Origin: a virus
Taxonomy: Duplodnaviria; Caudoviricetes
IMG/VR virus record: IMGVR_UViG_3300022839_000071
Span: 1 to 29,912 of that record
Strand: one strand, 5' to 3'
Length of the DNA stretch: 29,912 nucleotides
The notes under the pieces were generated by a model, which saw only the letters and a list, made by a program, of their open reading frames with translations, was not told where the DNA came from and did no database searches. The translations under genes and the position numbers were made by a program. Shown here in pieces: positions 1 through 5,283 of this stretch (position 1 is its first letter; every line of letters begins with the position of its first letter).

Positions 1-62
1 CGGCCCGTGGCGGTGTGCAGTGGCACGCAAGCCAGGTCAACAACTTGCTCGCAAGAGCTTAA
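1..62 (+). CDS. 3' end of a probable serine recombinase/resolvase-family protein (partial)
   Basis: Frame 3 reads ARGGVQWHASQVNNLLARA*, with TAA at 60-62. This resembles the 'T-x-RGG-x-W-x-x-x-x-V-x-x-h-h-x-R' C-terminal motif of phage serine recombinases. Only 19 residues are visible. Confidence 0.55.
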   Translation, partial: ARGGVQWHASQVNNLLARA

Positions 63-78
63 CTTCTGGAGATAAACC

Positions 79-258
79 ATGCATAAGTACCACCGAACCA
101 TGAACCAAGCGTTCCCATTTGTAGCCGAGTACGGCTGCGCCGTCCAATTGTACAAACAATCTATTTTGTCAAAAATTAGTACCGCTATTGGTTACGCGGC
201 TGTCTTTGTCTCGCTTCTATTGCTGGCTCTGGCTTACTTTGACGTTCTTGTGAAATGA
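79..258 (+). CDS. Small membrane protein, 59 aa (not in ORF track)
   Basis: GGAGA RBS at 68-72 and ATG at 79. Sequence MHKYHRTMNQAFPFVAEYGCAVQLYKQSILSKISTAIGYAAVFVSLLLLALAYFDVLVK has a C-terminal hydrophobic helix. The stop overlaps the next start (ATGA, 255-258). Confidence 0.75.
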   Translation: MHKYHRTMNQAFPFVAEYGCAVQLYKQSILSKISTAIGYAAVFVSLLLLALAYFDVLVK

Positions 259-590
259 ACGCAGTCAACACAGGCGTTGTGAAGACCTGGATGGCCGCCG
301 GATGGCGGCGGCCCGACAGACTAAAGCAACAGAAACAAATGCGAATACTTAATGCGCCGACACCGGGAAAGCAAATTCACATGAGCACTCAGAATCAAAC
401 TATTTTAGAAATGCTACGCGAAGGGCGCCAGGTTACACAGATCGATGCGCTGCAACGTGTCGGTTGCTTCCGCCTAGCTGCGCGCATCTTTGATCTGCGC
501 AACCAAGGCCACAACATCTTGACTGTTCCGATACACACCGGCACAGGCAAGTACATTGCATCTTACAAACTAAAACAACTGGAAGGTTAA
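255..590 (+). CDS. Winged helix-turn-helix DNA-binding protein
   Basis: The segment from M at 381 (SQNQTILEMLREG-like start, then VTQIDAL..GCFRLAARIFDLRNQGHNILT..IASYKL) matches a common phage wHTH family. The start may be 255 (ATGA-coupled) or 381. Confidence 0.75.
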   Translation: MNAVNTGVVKTWMAAGWRRPDRLKQQKQMRILNAPTPGKQIHMSTQNQTILEMLREGRQVTQIDALQRVGCFRLAARIFDLRNQGHNILTVPIHTGTGKYIASYKLKQLEG

Positions 591-592
591 TC

Positions 593-1546
593 ATGGCTGG
601 TAAATTAACAAGCGACAAAGTGATGAGCGCGTCGCGCCTCCCCGGGCTTATGGGTTACAGCAAGTACAGCTCGCCAAATGATGAGCTGCAATTTAGCATC
701 AACGCTGTCGACGGTAAAGACCGGCCAGACATCGGGAACGAAGCGATGGGCTGGGGTAACACGCTGGAGCCGGTGATCTTAGAGCAGGCCTGCGAGCGCC
801 TGGGCATCAAGGGCGACTGGGACATCACTGTGCCGTTTACGCACCCCACGCTGCCGCTGCAGTGCAGCCTCGATGGCATTGGGTTTGGCCAAGGGCAAAC
901 AATAGAGCATGACCCGAAAGCTGGGATATACGTTGTCGGGATGGACACAATCGTCTTAGACGGCGAGGGCGTGATAGAGGCGAAGTTAACCAGGACTATG
1001 CCAGAAGACGTCCCCCACCTTGCCCGTGGTCCTATTCAGCTGCAGGGCCAGATGATGACTACAGACAAGAAGTGGGGCGCTGTTTGCATTTTGTACCAGG
1101 GCACCGAGATGCGCATTTTTCTGTTTGCCCCGCACCAGCAAACGGTTGACGCCATCGCTAAAGCCGTTGTTGAGTTTGACAGAAAGGTGCAGGCTTACCA
1201 GGACATCGGCGCGATTGACTGGTACCCACCTGACAGCAGCAAGGACCTGAACCGAATGCACCCGTTGGCTACAGATAAGCAGATCGATATGCCGCCAGAA
1301 GTTGCTGGCCAAGCATCTATTATTGTTGATTTTAAAAACCGAATAAAAATGCTTGAAAAAGACATCGACCAGGCGGAGAAGAAGATTAAGTTAGCTATGG
1401 GGACGGCTACCAAAGCAGTTGGCTGCGGGTTCTTTGTCAGTTGGCCAATGCGCAACTACAAAGCGCAGCCAGCTAAACTTACTACGGCGAAGGACGCGTA
1501 CACAATTCGTCAGTCAACCCTGACGATTAAAGAAACCGATGCTTAG
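593..1546 (+). CDS. YqaJ-like viral recombinase / lambda-exonuclease family 5'-3' exonuclease
   Basis: Motifs SASRL, WGNTLEPVI, CSLDG, IEAK and IQLQGQM form a PD-(D/E)xK YqaJ pattern. GGAAGG RBS; lies next to a RecT-like gene. Confidence 0.9.
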   Translation: MAGKLTSDKVMSASRLPGLMGYSKYSSPNDELQFSINAVDGKDRPDIGNEAMGWGNTLEPVILEQACERLGIKGDWDITVPFTHPTLPLQCSLDGIGFGQGQTIEHDPKAGIYVVGMDTIVLDGEGVIEAKLTRTMPEDVPHLARGPIQLQGQMMTTDKKWGAVCILYQGTEMRIFLFAPHQQTVDAIAKAVVEFDRKVQAYQDIGAIDWYPPDSSKDLNRMHPLATDKQIDMPPEVAGQASIIVDFKNRIKMLEKDIDQAEKKIKLAMGTATKAVGCGFFVSWPMRNYKAQPAKLTTAKDAYTIRQSTLTIKETDA

Positions 1547-1715
1547 ACAGCTGGAGATCGTCCAAGTGGCTTACGAAGACGCAGTTGACGCGGTAATGAT
1601 TGCGACTAACTGCGACGAAGATGAAGCCATAGACGTTGTTGAGACGATCACCACACTTTTAGTTGAAGCGCTTAAATTAAAAAATGGAGAAGATGATGCA
1701 AGTATCAAACACTAA
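1539..1715 (+). CDS. Small acidic hypothetical protein, 58 aa (not in ORF track)
   Basis: ATG 1539 to TAA 1713-1715 fills the gap between the exonuclease and RecT and overlaps both. Sequence MLRQLEIVQVAYEDAVDAVMIATNCDEDEAIDVVETITTLLVEALKLKNGEDDASIKH. Confidence 0.65.
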   Translation: MLRQLEIVQVAYEDAVDAVMIATNCDEDEAIDVVETITTLLVEALKLKNGEDDASIKH

Positions 1716-2688
1716 CCGAGGGTTTGCCCCTACCACCTTGGCAGAAGCTGTGCAATTTAGCGAGATGCTGGCCAGCAGTTCAATGGTGCCCAAGGCTTAC
1801 CAGGGTAAACCCCAAGATGTCCTCGTTTGCGTGCAGTGGGGCTATGAGATGGGGCTGGCACCAATGCAGGCCTTGCAAAACATAGCTGTCATAAACGGCA
1901 AGCCAAGCGTCTATGGCGACGCAGCTATGGCCCTGGTCCAAGCCAGCGCTGTGTGTGAAGACGTAGAAGAGTTCTTTGAAGGAGAGGGCACAGTAAACCC
2001 GGTGGCCGTGTGTGTCGCCAAGCGAAAGGGCCGCAAGCCAGTGACCGCCAAGTTTTCAGTCGAGGACGCCAAGCGCGCTGGGCTGTGGGGCAAGCAGGGC
2101 CCGTGGTCAGCGTACCCCAAGCGCATGATGCAGATGCGTGCCCGTGGCTTCGCGCTGCGCGACGCGTTCCCTGATGTACTTAAGGGCATGATCACTGCGG
2201 AAGAGGCCCAGGACTACCCCGATGAGGCCAAGCCAAGCGCGGTCAAGGAAATTACGCCACGCAACCCGCTTGACGTCGTGGCGCCACCGCAAACAGTCAA
2301 TGAGCCGATGCAGATTGAAGAGGCTATGGCCGATACAGTGGAGCCAGATGTCAGGGATAACTCTGAAGTTGTCGCTATAGAGACAGAGGTCGTTGCGGAC
2401 GCGCCACAGCCCAACGAACTAGTGGCCGACGGCTTCGCGCTGCTGTCCAGCTCTGGTGAGTCTATCAGCGGCCACGCTGGATTGGAAGAGTGGCAGGACG
2501 CTTACGAAGACATGGCCGACCGCATTGCCAGGGCAGGTAAACGTGAGCCGCGCGAGCGCATGACAATCCTCAAAGAGTTTAAGCGGGCTAACGAAGAAAC
2601 CCTAGCCAAGGTGGACACAGTCAAGCGCGTGCGCCACACAGCGGCCTACAGCAAGCGCATCAAAGCGCTTGGTGCAGCGCAGGCCTAA
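1696..2688 (+). CDS. recT: RecT/Red-beta-like single-strand annealing protein
   Basis: Motifs VPKAYQGKP, GYEMGLAPMQALQNIAVINGKPSVYGDA, AKRAGLWGK.GPW..YPKRM.QMRARGFALRDAFPDVLKG; paired with the exonuclease. The GGAGA RBS at 1686-1690 favours a start at 1693 or 1696 over the ORF-track start at 1684. Confidence 0.88.
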   Translation: MQVSNTNRGFAPTTLAEAVQFSEMLASSSMVPKAYQGKPQDVLVCVQWGYEMGLAPMQALQNIAVINGKPSVYGDAAMALVQASAVCEDVEEFFEGEGTVNPVAVCVAKRKGRKPVTAKFSVEDAKRAGLWGKQGPWSAYPKRMMQMRARGFALRDAFPDVLKGMITAEEAQDYPDEAKPSAVKEITPRNPLDVVAPPQTVNEPMQIEEAMADTVEPDVRDNSEVVAIETEVVADAPQPNELVADGFALLSSSGESISGHAGLEEWQDAYEDMADRIARAGKREPRERMTILKEFKRANEETLAKVDTVKRVRHTAAYSKRIKALGAAQA

Positions 2689-3149
2689 ATAGCGAGGCCA
2701 GGCAGGTATACGGTTTTACCGCCCTGCTTGGTCGCCGTGAGAACCTGGCGCTTGTTGTCCGACGGGTCATAGCTAACGTGAATCCAGCCGCTGTCAGGTG
2801 TGCCGTTATAAAATTCTAGTATCAGCTGTCGAAAAGCAATCCCGCTACCCTCAATCCACCGGGCAAGCTCTAAATTATCTACGCCTGGTGTCTCGATGTC
2901 TGCGGCCATACCTTTGCAGTGATCGCTGGTAGCGCTGCTTCCAATTGCCGTGTTCAGCTCAGGCACACGCAGCCCGGAGCTGATGCGCACGGACTTGCCG
3001 TAATGCTCCCTGATCGGCTGCAGTACACATTCGCAAAGCGCTACCAAGTTAGCCAACTGCTCGTCGTTCGGCTGGTTGTCGATACCCTTGCGTGTAGCAG
3101 TCTGTGAGCGCGTCAGCTCTGCCAAACTGAAGTTGTTTGAGAGCTTCAT
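2685..3149 (-). CDS. Endolysin, peptidase M15A family (Zn D-Ala-D-Ala/L-Ala-D-Glu peptidase fold)
   Basis: LSNNFSLAELTRS N-terminus, SGLR..ELN, S-D-H-C-K-G-M-A-A-D-I and WIHVSY Zn-ligand motifs. Last gene of the late operon. Confidence 0.92.
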   Translation of the reverse strand: MKLSNNFSLAELTRSQTATRKGIDNQPNDEQLANLVALCECVLQPIREHYGKSVRISSGLRVPELNTAIGSSATSDHCKGMAADIETPGVDNLELARWIEGSGIAFRQLILEFYNGTPDSGWIHVSYDPSDNKRQVLTATKQGGKTVYLPGLAI

Positions 3150-3643
3150 TTCGAAAATCCTTTGAGTTGTTCGCCCTTGTCTTTACTACCAACGCTTGAC
3201 CCAAAGTAGTAAGACAGAATCTGCGTCACCGCCGCTGACAGCACGCCCAAGATGTAAATCAGGATGTCTTTGGCCTCTGGCTTTACTTCTACAAAGATAA
3301 GCACCGCGAACAGTAGGAACGATAAGCCTACAACCCCTAGCGCCAAAGCTGGCGTAACAATTTTGTTAAGAAGAGGCGCATTCGCACTCGCAGCAATAGA
3401 CACCTCGCGCTCACGAGCGCTGTTTTTATCTTCAAGAATAGCTTTAAATTTGTCGTGTTCGAGTTGTTTAATTTTAGCTTCCGCCTCCGGGTCTTTGTTG
3501 ATTGCCTTCATCACCGCGTTTACTTCATCTTCGACGCCAAGCTGTTTAGAAAGCGCACTAACTGCCATGCCAGCCAAAGGGCCACCCAGCGCAGTTGCAA
3601 TACCTGGCGCAAAGCCCTTAACCATCGCGATAAGATCATCCAT
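3146..3643 (-). CDS. Putative holin / lysis membrane protein
   Basis: N-terminal APGIATALGGPLAGMAV, then NSARERE, two TM helices and a YYFGSS.GSKDK tail. Lies directly upstream of the endolysin with an ATGA overlap. ATG 3643 has a GAGGGG RBS, so it is preferred to 3688. Confidence 0.7.
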   Translation of the reverse strand: MDDLIAMVKGFAPGIATALGGPLAGMAVSALSKQLGVEDEVNAVMKAINKDPEAEAKIKQLEHDKFKAILEDKNSAREREVSIAASANAPLLNKIVTPALALGVVGLSFLLFAVLIFVEVKPEAKDILIYILGVLSAAVTQILSYYFGSSVGSKDKGEQLKGFSK

Positions 3644-4082
3644 TTCCACCCCTCGTATATATGGCCCACACCAATACGGCGATAACAATCACGCCGGATA
3701 AAACAGAAACCGTAATCAAAATACCGTTAATCCACGCCCAGATCATTTGTTTGCGCTTGTATCTAGCTAGTGCTTCAGCCTTGACCGCTGCATCTCGTTT
3801 CCGCTTTGCATCAGCTTGAAACTGCAACCAATCGTCCCACAACCCCGCCCGCCCGCAGTAGATCATCAGCTCTTGCAGCTCTTGTTCGTTCCGTTTGATA
3901 GCCTCTAATGCAAAAAACGCCTCTGAGTCTGAGCCTGATTGACCGGCTTTCTTAGCTATCGCCGCTTTGTTGTCAAAGAAACTGAAAAGATGCTGCCCCG
4001 CTGCCATGATGTCCCCACCATTGGCCACGGTTTCTTTAATAACTGCAAAAGCAGCGTTGGCAGCAGCGAGCTCAAGTAACAC
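3636..4082 (-). CDS. Hypothetical membrane-anchored protein in the lysis cassette
   Basis: 148 aa with GTG start; helical body and a C-terminal TM segment (WINGILITVSVLSGVIVIAVLVWAIY). Confidence 0.75.
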   Translation of the reverse strand: MLLELAAANAAFAVIKETVANGGDIMAAGQHLFSFFDNKAAIAKKAGQSGSDSEAFFALEAIKRNEQELQELMIYCGRAGLWDDWLQFQADAKRKRDAAVKAEALARYKRKQMIWAWINGILITVSVLSGVIVIAVLVWAIYTRGGNG

Positions 4083-4083
4083 G

Positions 4084-4275
4084 TTAACCCATTTTTGACA
4101 GAACAGTCAGCAGCAGAACCATTATCGTGCCGGTTGCCGCTAATAAAATTGTCTCTAAGCGCTTCACCCGCCCGAATAGGTCTTTGAACTGAATGCGAAC
4201 TTCAGTCTTAATCGCTACGATCTCTTTTTCTAAGTCGTCAATTCGAGTGTGTGCAAAGTCCACGTTGCGTTCCAT
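4084..4275 (-). CDS. Small coiled-coil protein with C-terminal TM helix (XhlA/holin-associated-like)
   Basis: 63 aa with GGAG RBS. RIDDLEKEIVAIK...RVKRLE coiled coil followed by a hydrophobic helix; first gene of the lysis cassette. Confidence 0.75.
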   Translation of the reverse strand: MERNVDFAHTRIDDLEKEIVAIKTEVRIQFKDLFGRVKRLETILLAATGTIMVLLLTVLSKMG

Positions 4276-4318
4276 TTATTACTCCGGCTTAGGTGGTTTG
4301 GGTTTTTAAAGAAGAATT

Positions 4319-4675
4319 TCATTCTATTACAGGCAATGCAAAGTCAATAGAAGAAACTCCATTTGGGACCATTTCTGGGTCAAGTATGTCGTCTACCCCG
4401 TTCCCATCCCGCAAAGCGTGAATGCAATATGCAACTGTGTTGTCTTGTAGCGCCACCAGTTCGTGATTCTTTTCAGCTTTTATGTAAATCATGTGTGGGG
4501 CTTTAAACTCTGTTGCCAATCCGTCCACAGTAATGCGTAAAGAACCAGAGGCCAACAGCGTCAAGTGGTCAAAGCTATGCACATGGCCATGCTCTATATC
4601 TCCCGCCTCCTGAAAATGCATTTGTCGGCTAAACAGATTAGCAACACAGCCTAGTACTATGGATGGGCTGCTCAT
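4319..4675 (-). CDS. Cupin-fold protein
   Basis: GHVHSFDHLTLLASGSLRITVDG...FKAPHMIYIKAEKNHELVAL has the two-motif cupin signature with His ligands. ATGA overlap with the upstream gene. Confidence 0.85.
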   Translation of the reverse strand: MSSPSIVLGCVANLFSRQMHFQEAGDIEHGHVHSFDHLTLLASGSLRITVDGLATEFKAPHMIYIKAEKNHELVALQDNTVAYCIHALRDGNGVDDILDPEMVPNGVSSIDFALPVIE

Positions 4676-5283
4676 ATAACAGTCGTTGGCATAGTCGCCG
4701 CAGTAGAATTTGTTGAGCTAGAGTCATTTTTCAATATGCCCAACTGTATTTTAAGCGCTGTCATAAAAGTGTCGTGTTTTTCTTTAATTACGTTTAATGC
4801 AATCGTATCTTTAGCTATTTCAACAGCGCTTGACACTGTTAACCTGTTATTTCGTAGTTCGGCTTGAGCAATTCGCCAAGCTGTCGCCGCCGCCAAAATT
4901 GTGTCGCAAGCTACAGCAGCAGTAATAATCACACCCTTAGCCGCTTTTGAGTTAACTTCAGATTGCACACTGCCCGGTATTGGTGTGTTTAAATAGCCAG
5001 ATGCTTTGTATTCGGATGCTTCCTGTTCTGCAAGCTCATACTCACTAACTAAACCTTGTAGAACTTGTTGAGTAACTTCACCCGCTTCGGACTTAACTCG
5101 TGCAATAAGCTCAGCTTTTTCTGTTTCCAAATTACGAAAATTTTTAACAATTACCGCGCCCGTCCATACATCGCCAATTACCCCCCCAATGGATGCGTCT
5201 ATCAAGTTCGGAAAAACATCCAGCGAATTTACTACAATAGTGTTTATGATGCTGCCGTTAGCATCTAGTTGATGTGCGTTCAT
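4672..5283 (-). CDS. Putative tail fibre assembly/chaperone-like protein
   Basis: ATGA-coupled directly downstream of the tail fibre. N-terminal 'IINTIVV...IGDVWTG' beta region followed by a helical domain (EYELAEQEA, ILAAATAWR..ELRNNRL). Confidence 0.6.
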   Translation of the reverse strand: MNAHQLDANGSIINTIVVNSLDVFPNLIDASIGGVIGDVWTGAVIVKNFRNLETEKAELIARVKSEAGEVTQQVLQGLVSEYELAEQEASEYKASGYLNTPIPGSVQSEVNSKAAKGVIITAAVACDTILAAATAWRIAQAELRNNRLTVSSAVEIAKDTIALNVIKEKHDTFMTALKIQLGILKNDSSSTNSTAATMPTTVI

